In this document: in pieces, positions 1-10,258 of the stretch | Layout: every line of letters begins with the position of its first letter | How positions within the stretch are numbered: position 1 is the first letter of the stretch | Assembly (NCBI GenBank): GCA_039189765.1 | Contig: JBCCYL010000020.1 | Coordinates: forward strand, 18,280-82,279 | From: Cyanobacteria bacterium P01_F01_bin.150 | GTDB lineage: Bacteria > Cyanobacteriota > Cyanobacteriia > CAKZMO01 | Reading direction: 5' to 3' | DNA length: 64,000 nucleotides | Notes under the pieces: generated by a model | What the model was told of the DNA's origin: nothing | The model's input: only the letters and a program-made list of their open reading frames with translations | Databases searched by the model: none | Program-made: the position numbers and the translations under genes

Positions 1-2
1 TC

Positions 3-2603
3 ACCGCTGACGGCACCGTCTCCACAAACGTTATCTCTAGCGATAATCTAAACTTTGTCATTGAAAATGGCGAAGTCTGTTGCATCCATACAGATCAACG
101 GGAAGACATCTATCTCTTCCATAGTTTTGATGCATTTTCAGTCCCGACAGGGGGAACGGCTCACTTTAATAACGCCACAGCTATTGATATTATTTTTAGC
201 CGCGTGACCGGAGACAGCAAATCCATAATTGACGGTCGCCTTTCAGCCAACGGCACAGCAAATGTGTTTTTACTTAATCCCCATGGCATTATCTTTGGCG
301 AAAATGCCTCCCTAGATATTGGCGGATCATTTATCGGCACCACCGCTGAGTCACTGGTATTTGAAGACGGTAGCGAGTTCAGCACCACGGCGTTATCGTC
401 CACTCCGCTCTTGAACATTAGTGGGCCTTTGGGTCTGCAAATGGGTCAAAATCCAGGCAATATTCTTCAATCAGAAGCGACCTTGGAAACGTCAGCGGGG
501 CGAACGCTGGCACTGGTGGGCGGCAATATTACAATAGCTGGCGGAATAATGGAGGTGCCAGGGGGCAGGGGGCGAATTGAGCTAATCAGTTTGGGGGCTG
601 ACAGTGTGGCGAATTTACGTTCTGTTGGGGAGAAATGGCGCATAGATATTGCCGATGCTGCATCATTCGCCAATTTGACCTTGGATGAAGCCCTTATCCA
701 GGGCAGTGGCAATGGCAACAGCGCGATCCAATTAGTCGGCCATGCTATTCGGGCCACCAATAGTCAAGTGCAAAGTTCTAATCTAGGTGGTCGGCAAGGA
801 CAGGGCATTGCCATTCGAAGCGATCGCCTCTTTCAAGCTGATAATTCTGATTTCACTCTGGAGGTGCAATCTGGAGGTGATACAGGTAATGTAACCATTA
901 CAGCCCCCGTCACTCAGTTTATCAATAATGGTGGAGTAGGCAATATTGTTACGCAGGGCAGTACGGGCAACGGCGGTAATTTGCTGATTAGGGGCAATCG
1001 CTTCACCGTAGCGAATAATTCTGGATTTGGCGTATGGACCGCAGGCAGTGGCAACAGCGGCGATGTGGTGATCGATGTCGAGGAGGTCAGCATACGAGAC
1101 AACTCAGGTTTTGGCGTCTTTACAACGGATACCGGGAATAGCGGTGATGTGACGATTCAAGGAAGCCGCATGATGACGACTAATGAATCGGGAGGGGGGA
1201 TGTTTACTGAAGGGAAAGGGGCTGCGGGCAATCTCAATATTTTCGTCGATACATTCCTGCTGACTGGCAGTAGCGGCTATAGTTTGCGATCAATTGGTAC
1301 AGGAAATGCGGGCAACGTGAGAATTAACTCAAACGTTATCGTTATCCGAGATGAATCAGGATTCAGTACCAGTACAAGAGGAAGCAGCACTGGCGGAGAT
1401 ATCACGATTCAGGCTCAAGAGATTACCCTGGACACGGCTCAAATTAATGCGCTCACAGACGGCACTGAAACAGCGGGTAATTTAAACATCGTGACGGATA
1501 CCTTAAGGCTAACCAATGGTGGCCAGCTTAATGTATTTACTAGTAGTGACGCAAAGGCTGGCAAAATCAATGTGATTGCACGCGATCGCATCATTATTTC
1601 TGGTCGAGATCGTGCGTTTGCAACCCGAGAAACAGAAGATGAACAGGACGCTCTGGTAAGTCCTTTTAGCGGAATCTTTGGCAACACCCTAGACTCTGCT
1701 GGAGGCAACGGTGGTGATGTCACAATCACTACGCCCTATTTACATATGGAGGGCAATGCCAGGATTAGCGTCAGCGCGGAGGGCGATGGCGATGCAGGGG
1801 CATTGAGTCTGAATGGCCATACTGCGCTTTTGCAGCAGGCCAGTATTCAATCGGAAGCGACGGCTGGCAGCGGCGGAGATTTGCTTCTTAATCTCGATCG
1901 TGCCTTGTTTATGACTAGGCAAAGCCGCATCACGACCAATGCCAATAAGGATGGCGGAAACATTACTATCCAGTCTCCTATTAGCATTGTCGGTCTATAC
2001 AACAGTGATATTATTGCGAACGCAGTTGAAGGCGATGGCGGCAATATTCGCATCGGCACCCAAGGGCTATTTGGATTTCGGTTGGGAGATGCTGCCAGCA
2101 CTGAAAGTAATTTTACAAGCGACCTTACGGCCAGCTCCGAGAGGGGGGTCAATGGCACCATCACCATCAGTAATTTTAATTGGGAACCTGATTCAGGGAT
2201 TGTGGCACTACCTACAAATTTGGAGGAGGCTAGCGAGCGCATCGGTCAAGGCTGTTCATTTATGAGGAAAAGTAAGTTTATCCTGACAGGGCGAGGAGGA
2301 CTACCGTCCAGGCCATTGGGAGAAACCAGTGGCGATCGCCCCTGGTTCAACATCCTGCCTGATTTTGGGGCCATTCCAGACACGAATGCCCCTCCTTCTA
2401 GCGTACCCGACAACATCTCACTTCAGCGCCCATCACCAATAGCAGCAACACCTACCCAACAATTCTTTGAGGAGCGTGCCGATGTGCCCACAGAAGCAAC
2501 AGAAATGGCGATCGCCCCTGATGGCACCCGCCACCTTATCAATGCCAATATTCATAACGCAACAAGACCTTACAGCACTTGCATTAGTCAGTCTGCCATT
2601 TAA
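3..2603 (+). CDS. Filamentous haemagglutinin N-terminal (TPS) domain exoprotein, 5' end outside the window
   Basis: Frame open from base 3 (TADGTVSTNV...LFHSFDAFSVPTGGTAHFNN..IFSRVTG), then ANVFLLNPHGIIFGENASLDIGGSF; GxGGxIxI beta-helix repeats; C-terminal FILTGRGGLP motif typical of cyanobacterial TpsA-like proteins. Confidence 0.9.
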   Translation, partial: TADGTVSTNVISSDNLNFVIENGEVCCIHTDQREDIYLFHSFDAFSVPTGGTAHFNNATAIDIIFSRVTGDSKSIIDGRLSANGTANVFLLNPHGIIFGENASLDIGGSFIGTTAESLVFEDGSEFSTTALSSTPLLNISGPLGLQMGQNPGNILQSEATLETSAGRTLALVGGNITIAGGIMEVPGGRGRIELISLGADSVANLRSVGEKWRIDIADAASFANLTLDEALIQGSGNGNSAIQLVGHAIRATNSQVQSSNLGGRQGQGIAIRSDRLFQADNSDFTLEVQSGGDTGNVTITAPVTQFINNGGVGNIVTQGSTGNGGNLLIRGNRFTVANNSGFGVWTAGSGNSGDVVIDVEEVSIRDNSGFGVFTTDTGNSGDVTIQGSRMMTTNESGGGMFTEGKGAAGNLNIFVDTFLLTGSSGYSLRSIGTGNAGNVRINSNVIVIRDESGFSTSTRGSSTGGDITIQAQEITLDTAQINALTDGTETAGNLNIVTDTLRLTNGGQLNVFTSSDAKAGKINVIARDRIIISGRDRAFATRETEDEQDALVSPFSGIFGNTLDSAGGNGGDVTITTPYLHMEGNARISVSAEGDGDAGALSLNGHTALLQQASIQSEATAGSGGDLLLNLDRALFMTRQSRITTNANKDGGNITIQSPISIVGLYNSDIIANAVEGDGGNIRIGTQGLFGFRLGDAASTESNFTSDLTASSERGVNGTITISNFNWEPDSGIVALPTNLEEASERIGQGCSFMRKSKFILTGRGGLPSRPLGETSGDRPWFNILPDFGAIPDTNAPPSSVPDNISLQRPSPIAATPTQQFFEERADVPTEATEMAIAPDGTRHLINANIHNATRPYSTCISQSAI

Positions 2604-2621
2604 TCGTTGGCAAGAAGAGGG

Positions 2622-4883
2622 CTAGAAGCGATCGCGCACCCAATACCAAACTTTTGCAATGCGTTGCTCAAGCCAAACCATGCCGGAATCAACCCAACCC
2701 AGCAATCGCTCTAACGGATGTTTGTCATAGCCGACTACCTCTGCCGTTGTGTCTAGCCAGGTATTTGTCATGCTAGCGTTTGGGCCACCCTTTGGTTGGC
2801 CAGGAATATCGAGAGAAAACACTCTCGACTCGTCTTGAACACTGGTTTCTGCATCTGCTGAGACCCGATACAGCACGTTGCGATCCAGGGAAGAATCTTC
2901 AGTCCGACGAAAATCATAGGCCACACCATGATGGGCCAAGTAAGCTTCTAAAGAAACCGGATCGGGCTTGCCACCGGACATGTTAAACACTGCGGCAGCA
3001 GATTCAGGAAAAGGATCGCTGGGGTTAAGGTCAGATTCATTAATCGTATTAGACACGTGGGTAGTAATCAGTCCGGCTTCAGTCATTTCGGTTAGATTTG
3101 CTTCAATACTGGCATAGCTGGCGTTTAGAGGGGAAGTCTGTAAGTTCAGACTTGCACGGGCAGGCAAAGAAGGCACAACGGGGGGAAATTCTCGCTGTCG
3201 CCGCACCTGATTAATTTGATTGGCATTAAACCAGCCCTGTTCACTGCCTTGATAATCTGGGTCAAACCATAAATTACGAGTGAGTTCCTTTGGCAATTTA
3301 CGGTTTGCCCTATTGCTTACTTGATTGGCGCTTACTTGATTGGCGCTTACTTGATTGACTGACATCGAAGCATTGAGGCTCCCCAAGTCAGGCTGGGACT
3401 TATTTGGAAATGGCATGGTTGGGATAGATGGAAGCTGGTGTTCTGAGGGACCCTGACCTGCTGCCTTACTTGCATCATCTGAACTAGTCGATTGAACCGG
3501 TGACACAATCCAGTCTAATAATTTATTCCACCAAGACTTTCGTTTGCCAGTGAGACTATTTGGAGAAATAGGTACGGAGGATATCCCAGCTGGATTATCT
3601 CCAGATGGATTCCCTCCACCATCAGTTGAAGGGGATAGGCGATTGGTCAGATCAGGGAAAAGTTGTTTTAGAGGCGTTCGATCTGAATTAAGGGCATTGA
3701 AGTCTTCATTAGACAAATTGATAGGTAAATCAGCCGTTGAATGATCCGCTAAATTAGCAGATACGCTATCGGACAAATCCGTGGTCAACTGGGTCGCCAA
3801 ATCAGGGCCAAACCTGGTTGATAAATCCGGATAGAGGGGAATGAGTTGAACCGGCGTGCTTACTTTCGAGTCCCTATCTAAATCAGGCGTCATAGACGCT
3901 AAAGCCCCCCCTGCATTCGGTGCAGGTTCTAAGACCCCAAAGGTAGCTGCGTTTGCCATTCCAAACCGCTGCATTATTTCGGCCACGTCCAAACCAGAAT
4001 TGTTGACATCAATAGACTGCTGAGTGGGCACCAAGGCCGATTCTTGAAATACATTAGTGGCGATCGCCACCGGGCTGGTTTGCATCCACGCAATAAAGCG
4101 CCGCAGATAGCGCACTGGCGGTAACATCGTGTCCCGTTCTTTGGGCAAAGGCAAAAAACGACGCCCCAAAGGACTATCGCCTGAGCCCTCTAGTGCGGCG
4201 AACTGGCGGCGATCGCGCCAGTAATTTGCCACTTCAAAAACAATGCGCTGCTGAAGAGCCGCCTGCTGTTCCCAATTCAGGACATTATGAACTTGATTAT
4301 CCGTCCCGACTAAAACGAGTTGTTTTTCAGTGAGGAGAGTGGCGATGCCTTGGAGTTGGGGAGTTGGGGAGTTGGGGAGTTGGGGAGTTGGGGAGTTGGG
4401 GAGTTGGGGAGTTGGGGAGTTGGGGAGTTGGGGAGTTCTACCTTCTGCCTTCTGCCTTCTGCCTTCTGCCTTTAAACGCCTTCTGCCGTGGTGATTACTT
4501 TCGGCGGGTTGGTCAGGGAAAAGGTCGGAGAGGCTTAGGACCTGTTCTAGAATATTGAGGACGTTTTCAATGGGGCGATCGCTTTCTGGAGGGAGTAGGG
4601 GCTGGGCGGAATTGGGGGAATTAGAATTAGAGGAATTTTGAGATTGGTCTAGATCAATGGCGGCGGTGAGTTTGGGGAAAATCTGGCGGGCTGTTTGCTC
4701 CAGTTGTTGGCCCACTAGACGCGCTGATTGGAAGATGGCGTAGAGGGGGTAAAGCGCCATTTGAGTCCCCCAGGTTGCCGCCAGCTTAAGTTGTCGCGCT
4801 CCTGTCAGGGCGCGATCGCGCAATTTCATGGACTGCTGGACAACAAACCGCAGAACTTTACTCTTATAGCGGCTAGAGGGCAT
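2622..4883 (-). CDS. Cyanobacterial hypothetical protein with repeat-derived low-complexity inserts
   Basis: 753-aa ORF with ordered-looking N- and C-terminal blocks (ALYPLYAIFQ; WMQTSPVAIATNVFQES; GYDKHPLERLLGWVD) separated by disordered sequence. Confidence 0.7.
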   Translation of the reverse strand: MPSSRYKSKVLRFVVQQSMKLRDRALTGARQLKLAATWGTQMALYPLYAIFQSARLVGQQLEQTARQIFPKLTAAIDLDQSQNSSNSNSPNSAQPLLPPESDRPIENVLNILEQVLSLSDLFPDQPAESNHHGRRRLKAEGRRQKAEGRTPQLPNSPTPQLPNSPTPQLPNSPTPQLQGIATLLTEKQLVLVGTDNQVHNVLNWEQQAALQQRIVFEVANYWRDRRQFAALEGSGDSPLGRRFLPLPKERDTMLPPVRYLRRFIAWMQTSPVAIATNVFQESALVPTQQSIDVNNSGLDVAEIMQRFGMANAATFGVLEPAPNAGGALASMTPDLDRDSKVSTPVQLIPLYPDLSTRFGPDLATQLTTDLSDSVSANLADHSTADLPINLSNEDFNALNSDRTPLKQLFPDLTNRLSPSTDGGGNPSGDNPAGISSVPISPNSLTGKRKSWWNKLLDWIVSPVQSTSSDDASKAAGQGPSEHQLPSIPTMPFPNKSQPDLGSLNASMSVNQVSANQVSANQVSNRANRKLPKELTRNLWFDPDYQGSEQGWFNANQINQVRRQREFPPVVPSLPARASLNLQTSPLNASYASIEANLTEMTEAGLITTHVSNTINESDLNPSDPFPESAAAVFNMSGGKPDPVSLEAYLAHHGVAYDFRRTEDSSLDRNVLYRVSADAETSVQDESRVFSLDIPGQPKGGPNASMTNTWLDTTAEVVGYDKHPLERLLGWVDSGMVWLEQRIAKVWYWVRDRF
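4350..4468. repeat. Intragenic short tandem repeats: 11 x 8-bp GGGGAGTT followed by 4 x 7-bp CCTTCTG
   Basis: Read directly; encodes (TPQLPNSP)n and KAEGRRQKAEGR on the minus strand. Confidence 0.95.
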
Positions 4884-4968
4884 GGACTTAAGCTAAATTA
4901 GTTGACTGTCAGTCTGATCTTAATCTATAAAATGTCCACACCAGCGTCGCTGCAATTGATTGAAACTT

Positions 4969-7900
4969 ATGTCTGAAACCCATACCCCTGTCAATGGTTT
5001 AGGTAACCACAGCTCATATGACAATATCCAAGCTGTTATTCAACGCCTGCGATCGCTTACTCAGCAGACGGTTCAGACATCGTGGCATCTGTGTATGGAG
5101 GACTTGGACCGACAACAGGCATTAAGCCCAAAGAGCTGGTCCCACTGGCCATTAGCGACCCTGAATAATCGTGACCATATTGCCTGGCCAAAAGGCCAAA
5201 AGGTGCTGTGGTTAGGACAACGCCTCAATCTTCCTGCCCAGCTTACAGACCATGTCCAGCTTACAGGCAATGCCCAGTTTACAGACAGTAACGACAATGG
5301 TTACCCATTAAAGGATCTGCTGGTGCGCCTTTCTCTCACTTGGTGGGCAGAAGATTCTCAAATTTTTGTAAACGGAGAACGGGTGCAATGTGGAGATTTA
5401 TATGATTGCTCTGCCCGTATCTTGCTCCAGTCCGCTGTTGTGCCAGGAGAGGATATTGACGTTGCCATCCGTCTTGTCAGTCCCGGTCACGATGATGGGG
5501 CCTTGGTGAAATCAGTGATGGTGTATGAAGAGGGGAGTCTAGAAGCAATGCCAGAACCGGGCTTTGTCGCCGATGAGCTAGCTGTTCTGACCCACTATTT
5601 GCATCAGTGCCAACAGAATTCATTTCAAGGCGATCAGCTACCTACAATCGCCGCTGCTCTTGAGAAACTTCCGTGGAATAAGGTGAACGATCGCCCAGCA
5701 TTTGATGGGGCGATCGCCCATCTGCGCCAGCAGCTTCTGCCCTTTAGCGCTTGGATTAAGCAGCGGTCTATCAAACTTTTAGGCCATGCCCATCTTGACT
5801 TGGCATGGCTATGGCCCATTCCTGAAACCTGGGACGTGGCCCAGCGCACCTTTGAATCCGCCTTAAATCTACAGGCCGACTATCCCGATCTAATTTTTGG
5901 CCATTCCACCCCCATGCTCTACAAATGGATCGAGCAGCATCGCTCCGATTTATTTACCAAGATTCAAGCCCAGATTGCCAAAGGGCAGTGGGAGGTAATC
6001 GCTGGACTATGGGTCGAACCTGAACTCAACGTCGTCAGCGGCGAGTCGATTGTTCGTCAAGTTTTATACGGCCAGCGCTACTGTCAAGAAAAATTTGGTC
6101 AGATCAGTCGCCTTGCCTGGCTCCCCGATACCTTTGGCTTCTGCTGGCAGCTCCCTCAGATTTTACGCCAGGGCGGCATCGACTACTTTGTAACCCAAAA
6201 GCTGCGCTGGAACGACACCACCGAGTTTCCCCACCAGTGGTTTAACTGGCGATCGCCCGATGGCACCCCTATCACAAGCCTTATGTCCGCCCCCATCGGC
6301 ACCTCCATCGACCCCGTGCAAATGGCTGAATACGCCTGCACCTGGGAGCAATCCACCGGACATACCACCAGCCTTTGGCTCCCCGGCGTTGGCGACCACG
6401 GCGGTGGTCCCACCCGCGACATGATTGAAATTGCTCATCGCTGGCAGCGATCGCCCTTTTTCCCGATGGTAGCATTCAGCACCGCAATCGAGTTTCTGGA
6501 CGAATTGTGGGCAAAGGCAGAAGAACCCACCCCTAGCCCCTCCCAGGAGGGGGACCGAACCGCCCCAACGCCTCAACGCCCTAACGCCCCAACGCCCCAA
6601 TCCAAAATCCCCTATTGGTCTGACGAACTTTATCTCGAACTTCATCGCGGCTGCTACACTGCCCATGCGGATCAAAAATATTGGAATCGACGGTGTGAGG
6701 CGCTGCTGTACGAGGCAGAGCTATGGTCGGCGATCGCGACTCTGCTGACAAATACAGCCTATCCCCAAGAGCATCTTGAACAGACGTGGAAAATAGTGCT
6801 GTTTAATCAGTTCCACGATATTCTACCTGGCTCCTCAATCCCTGAAGTCTACGAAGACGTTAATCCCCAATGGGAAGAGGCGATCGCCGCCAGCGAAGCG
6901 ATGGTTGAATCGGCCCTACAGACTATTAGCCAAGCGTTGGGAACTCTCCACGTAACGGATCAACTTTCTGGTCAACTTTCTGGTCAACTTTCTGGTCAAC
7001 TTTCAAACGAAGCTGAGTCTTCTGGACGCGATCGCATCCCTCTGATCATCTTCAACCCCCTCAACTGGCCACGCACTGGCATTGTCACCGTCTCCTTGCC
7101 CCCCCATCTCGCCAGCATCTGCCACTGGACCGCCCAAACCTCAGACGGCATCCCCCTGCCCTGCCAATGCGTCCCTAACCCTTCTCGTTCAGTGTCCCCC
7201 GCGTCCCCCGCGTCCTCCAATTCCCCAAAGTCCCCCAATCCTTCTCCCCATTTACTGATGCTCCCGCCCCAAATTCCCGCCATCGGCTACACCCTCTGCT
7301 GGCTAACCCCCCATCCCTCTCCACCCTCTAATGCCCAACGCCCCAACGCCCCAACGCCCCAACGCCCCAACGCCCCACCCCTCCAAAATCCAAAATCCAA
7401 AATCCAAAATCAACCCACCCTTAGCCCCTCTTGGGAGGGAAACCGGAGTGGCCCAACTCTTCAACTCGAAAACCAATTCCTCTGCATCACCATTGACCCC
7501 ACCACCGGAAATATCCAATCCATCATTGACAAAGTCCAAAAGCGATCGATTCTCAGCGGTCCTGGCAATCAGCTCCTTGCCTATAAAGACGACGGGGAAT
7601 ATTGGGATGCGTGGAACATTGCTGCCAATTACCGAGAGCATCCCTTGCCTGGCCCCACTCTTGAATGTATTCAATGGATCGCAGATGGTCCAGTTGAACA
7701 GCGTCTGCGAGTGATTCGAAAATTGGGCGATTCCACCTTTAGCCAAGACTATGTCCTTTACGCCAACTCAGCAGTGCTAAGGATCGAATCAGAGGTAGAC
7801 TGGTGCGATCGCCACACCGTTGTCAAAGCCAACTTCCCCTTCACGGTCACTGCTAACTATGCCACCTACGATATGCCTTTCGGTGCAATTCAGCGTCCTA

Positions 7901-8640
7901 CCAGTCCTCAAACCGCCGCTGAAAAAGCCAAATGGGAAGTACCGGGTCTTGCCTGGGCTGATCTAACGGAAGAAGCAACTGAGGACTTGGAAAAATGCCC
8001 ACGGGCACATACATCTTCAGCACACACCTCTTCAAACGCCTATGGAATCAGCATACTCAGTGACTATAAACATGGCTACAGTGTCACTCCTTCAGAACTA
8101 CAGCTCACGTTACTTAGAGGCCCTGTCTGGCCCGATCCTGGTTCGGATCAAGGACATCATTCCTTTGTCTATGCCATTTATCCCCATGCAGGAACGTGGA
8201 AAACTGCTTACACGGTCTATCGGAGCCATGAACTCCGTCATCCTTTGCGAGGACGATTCCTATCAAACAATGCAATAGCGTCAGTGGAAGACTCGTCTTT
8301 GATATCTCAACTTAAACCATGCTCAAATAAAACGGCGTTTAGTGGCTCATTTATCAAAATGCCTGGTGAACATTTTGTGGTTACTGCCGTTAAACAATCA
8401 GAAGCCTGTCCTTTAACCTGGATTGTTCGAGGCTACGAATGTCATGGAGAAGCAAGCTCCCTTGATTCAGAAGATTTTTCAAAAGATGAACAATCTTCAA
8501 ATAACCATAAGCCCCTGAACCTTCTCAGTTTGTCGGGGAATAGTCAAAATGTGTCTCTACTAGAACAGCCCATAATGATTGATGAGTCTGGCAAGCATCT
8601 ACGTCCCTGGGGCATTCATACGTGGGCCATTCGTCCGTAA
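4969..8640 (+). CDS. Alpha-mannosidase, glycoside hydrolase family 38
   Basis: GHAHLDLAWLW, WLPDTFG, GVGDHGGGP, LYLELHRGCYT, NQFHDILPGSSI motifs. Confidence 0.93.
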   Translation: MSETHTPVNGLGNHSSYDNIQAVIQRLRSLTQQTVQTSWHLCMEDLDRQQALSPKSWSHWPLATLNNRDHIAWPKGQKVLWLGQRLNLPAQLTDHVQLTGNAQFTDSNDNGYPLKDLLVRLSLTWWAEDSQIFVNGERVQCGDLYDCSARILLQSAVVPGEDIDVAIRLVSPGHDDGALVKSVMVYEEGSLEAMPEPGFVADELAVLTHYLHQCQQNSFQGDQLPTIAAALEKLPWNKVNDRPAFDGAIAHLRQQLLPFSAWIKQRSIKLLGHAHLDLAWLWPIPETWDVAQRTFESALNLQADYPDLIFGHSTPMLYKWIEQHRSDLFTKIQAQIAKGQWEVIAGLWVEPELNVVSGESIVRQVLYGQRYCQEKFGQISRLAWLPDTFGFCWQLPQILRQGGIDYFVTQKLRWNDTTEFPHQWFNWRSPDGTPITSLMSAPIGTSIDPVQMAEYACTWEQSTGHTTSLWLPGVGDHGGGPTRDMIEIAHRWQRSPFFPMVAFSTAIEFLDELWAKAEEPTPSPSQEGDRTAPTPQRPNAPTPQSKIPYWSDELYLELHRGCYTAHADQKYWNRRCEALLYEAELWSAIATLLTNTAYPQEHLEQTWKIVLFNQFHDILPGSSIPEVYEDVNPQWEEAIAASEAMVESALQTISQALGTLHVTDQLSGQLSGQLSGQLSNEAESSGRDRIPLIIFNPLNWPRTGIVTVSLPPHLASICHWTAQTSDGIPLPCQCVPNPSRSVSPASPASSNSPKSPNPSPHLLMLPPQIPAIGYTLCWLTPHPSPPSNAQRPNAPTPQRPNAPPLQNPKSKIQNQPTLSPSWEGNRSGPTLQLENQFLCITIDPTTGNIQSIIDKVQKRSILSGPGNQLLAYKDDGEYWDAWNIAANYREHPLPGPTLECIQWIADGPVEQRLRVIRKLGDSTFSQDYVLYANSAVLRIESEVDWCDRHTVVKANFPFTVTANYATYDMPFGAIQRPTSPQTAAEKAKWEVPGLAWADLTEEATEDLEKCPRAHTSSAHTSSNAYGISILSDYKHGYSVTPSELQLTLLRGPVWPDPGSDQGHHSFVYAIYPHAGTWKTAYTVYRSHELRHPLRGRFLSNNAIASVEDSSLISQLKPCSNKTAFSGSFIKMPGEHFVVTAVKQSEACPLTWIVRGYECHGEASSLDSEDFSKDEQSSNNHKPLNLLSLSGNSQNVSLLEQPIMIDESGKHLRPWGIHTWAIRP
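6525..6610. repeat. In-frame composite repeat insert 1 in the mannosidase: CCCCTCC-CA-GGAGGGG hairpin unit + CGCCCCAA repeats + CCAAAAT
   Basis: Read directly. Confidence 0.8.
7331..7442. repeat. In-frame composite repeat insert 2 in the mannosidase: CGCCCCAA repeats + CCAAAAT repeats + second copy of the hairpin unit
   Basis: Read directly; 7413-7442 resembles 6525-6554. Confidence 0.85.
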
Positions 8641-8663
8641 CGTTTTCCCAAGAGATGCAGCCG

Positions 8664-10070
8664 CTATTGTAGCGTAACCAGACGTCGTGACTGTTGTAGA
8701 GCATTGGCCCAAGATCGTCTCACCCATTCCTTAGGTTGATAGACAATTTCCGGGGGAGAGATCACTTGCCAAGTTAATGTCTCTTTGGCTGCTTGGTGTT
8801 GAGCCGAAATAAGCTTTTCTTGATATGCACTCAGCGTTCCTTCTACAATATCTAACTCACGCTTTAGCTGTGAACGGATGGCCATAGCTTCTTGCCATTT
8901 TTGAATCTTAGCAACGGTGTCCTGATGCATTTCTTCCAAGGTATGGCGACGAGTCTCTAAAAGCTGTTGTTCATGTAAGGTGAACAGCCATTTTCTGATC
9001 GGTTCAAAGCGTGCTTCATCGACCAAGAGCAAACGACGAATGATTGCGGGCCTTTGGTTTGGCTGATGTAGCAGGTCATGAATGGTCTGTTTCATCTCGT
9101 TGTGGATTTGCTGTTGGTGGTCCGAGAGTTGGGGGGCTGAAGAGTTAAGGAGTTGGCGATCACCTTCTTTCCACATCGCCAACCAGGCATCATATTTGGG
9201 AATAAGCCGCTGCAATGCCATGCCATTTTCAGCCTGAAAATCACTCAACTGCATCTGGGCCTGATATTGAGCAAGCTTCTGCGATAACTCGTTCACACGG
9301 GTTTTTATCTGGGCAATCTGCTGTATTTGTTCATGTTGTTCAACCAGTAACTCTTGGGTAGGGCCTTTCAGCTCAGTGGAGGCTCCAGTGAGGCCCGTTT
9401 GCTGGTAGATTGTTTTCTCAACGGCCACCAACTCTTCAGCTAATTGCTGCTGTCGTTGGGTCAAAATAGGGATTTGAGATTCGATAAACGCCACATCATC
9501 ACAGGCTTGAATCTCACATTTAGAGTCCTGAGAGGCGTACCATTGAGCAACCTCTTCAAGAACAGCCTGGACACGAATAGAGTCGCTGTCAGCATACCGG
9601 ATTTCTAACCAACCTTGGGGGGTCGCTTGAGCACTGAGATGGGTTAATAATTTGGCGTGGTTAATGGAAATGCCCTGTTGACTCAAACGTTGGCCCACGG
9701 CATCTACCATGGCTTGATTATTGATGATTTGTGTATCAATAGCGTGAATCAGATCGGGAGGGGCAATATTAGACATCTGATCTGAGAGGGAGTCTAGCGG
9801 TTGTGGGACTGTATCCTTGATATTTTCTCCAGCAGCCGGAACAGAAGAATGGGGAGGCAAAATACTAACGAGTTGAATACTCCCCTCATAATACGAAGAG
9901 GCCTGTCCCATATGCATCACCCCAAACGTTGCCAGGCTCGTTGCCGTGCCAGCGATCGCAATAGTGCGTGAGGATACGGAGAATACAGATTTTTTTTGGG
10001 TAGATACGTGACGAGTAGAGCCAGGTAGAGACGTCTGAGATAAAGACACTGAATGCGATAACTTGGCCAT
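8664..10070 (-). CDS. GumC/Wzc-like coiled-coil protein lacking the C-terminal kinase domain
   Basis: N-terminal hydrophobic segment, YEGSIQL, LEIRYADSD..VQAVLEEVA, FIESQIP, long coiled coil, WQVISPP; ends shortly after. Confidence 0.6.
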   Translation of the reverse strand: MAKLSHSVSLSQTSLPGSTRHVSTQKKSVFSVSSRTIAIAGTATSLATFGVMHMGQASSYYEGSIQLVSILPPHSSVPAAGENIKDTVPQPLDSLSDQMSNIAPPDLIHAIDTQIINNQAMVDAVGQRLSQQGISINHAKLLTHLSAQATPQGWLEIRYADSDSIRVQAVLEEVAQWYASQDSKCEIQACDDVAFIESQIPILTQRQQQLAEELVAVEKTIYQQTGLTGASTELKGPTQELLVEQHEQIQQIAQIKTRVNELSQKLAQYQAQMQLSDFQAENGMALQRLIPKYDAWLAMWKEGDRQLLNSSAPQLSDHQQQIHNEMKQTIHDLLHQPNQRPAIIRRLLLVDEARFEPIRKWLFTLHEQQLLETRRHTLEEMHQDTVAKIQKWQEAMAIRSQLKRELDIVEGTLSAYQEKLISAQHQAAKETLTWQVISPPEIVYQPKEWVRRSWANALQQSRRLVTLQ

Positions 10071-10095
10071 AAAATCATCCTCTACCTAAATCCAA

Positions 10096-10175
10096 GGGTA
10101 TCAACTGTAGACGGTTAGTGTGGGCGCGTTGAACCCACACTATCGTTAGTCTTGTTTCGCCTTAAAACGAAACCC
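10096..10175 (+). repeat. ~80-bp structured dispersed element, subfamily A, copy 1
   Basis: GGGTATCA...TAGTGTGGG-loop-CCCACACTA...CGCCTTAAAACGAAACCC; aligns by eye with the other copies. Confidence 0.85.
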
Positions 10176-10258
10176 AAATCCAACAACGGTATAAAAATTA
10201 GCGTACTAGTTCTCTCTACTGGTCATTCTCCTCGGTTCAGGAGGGTGAATTTAAAGGA

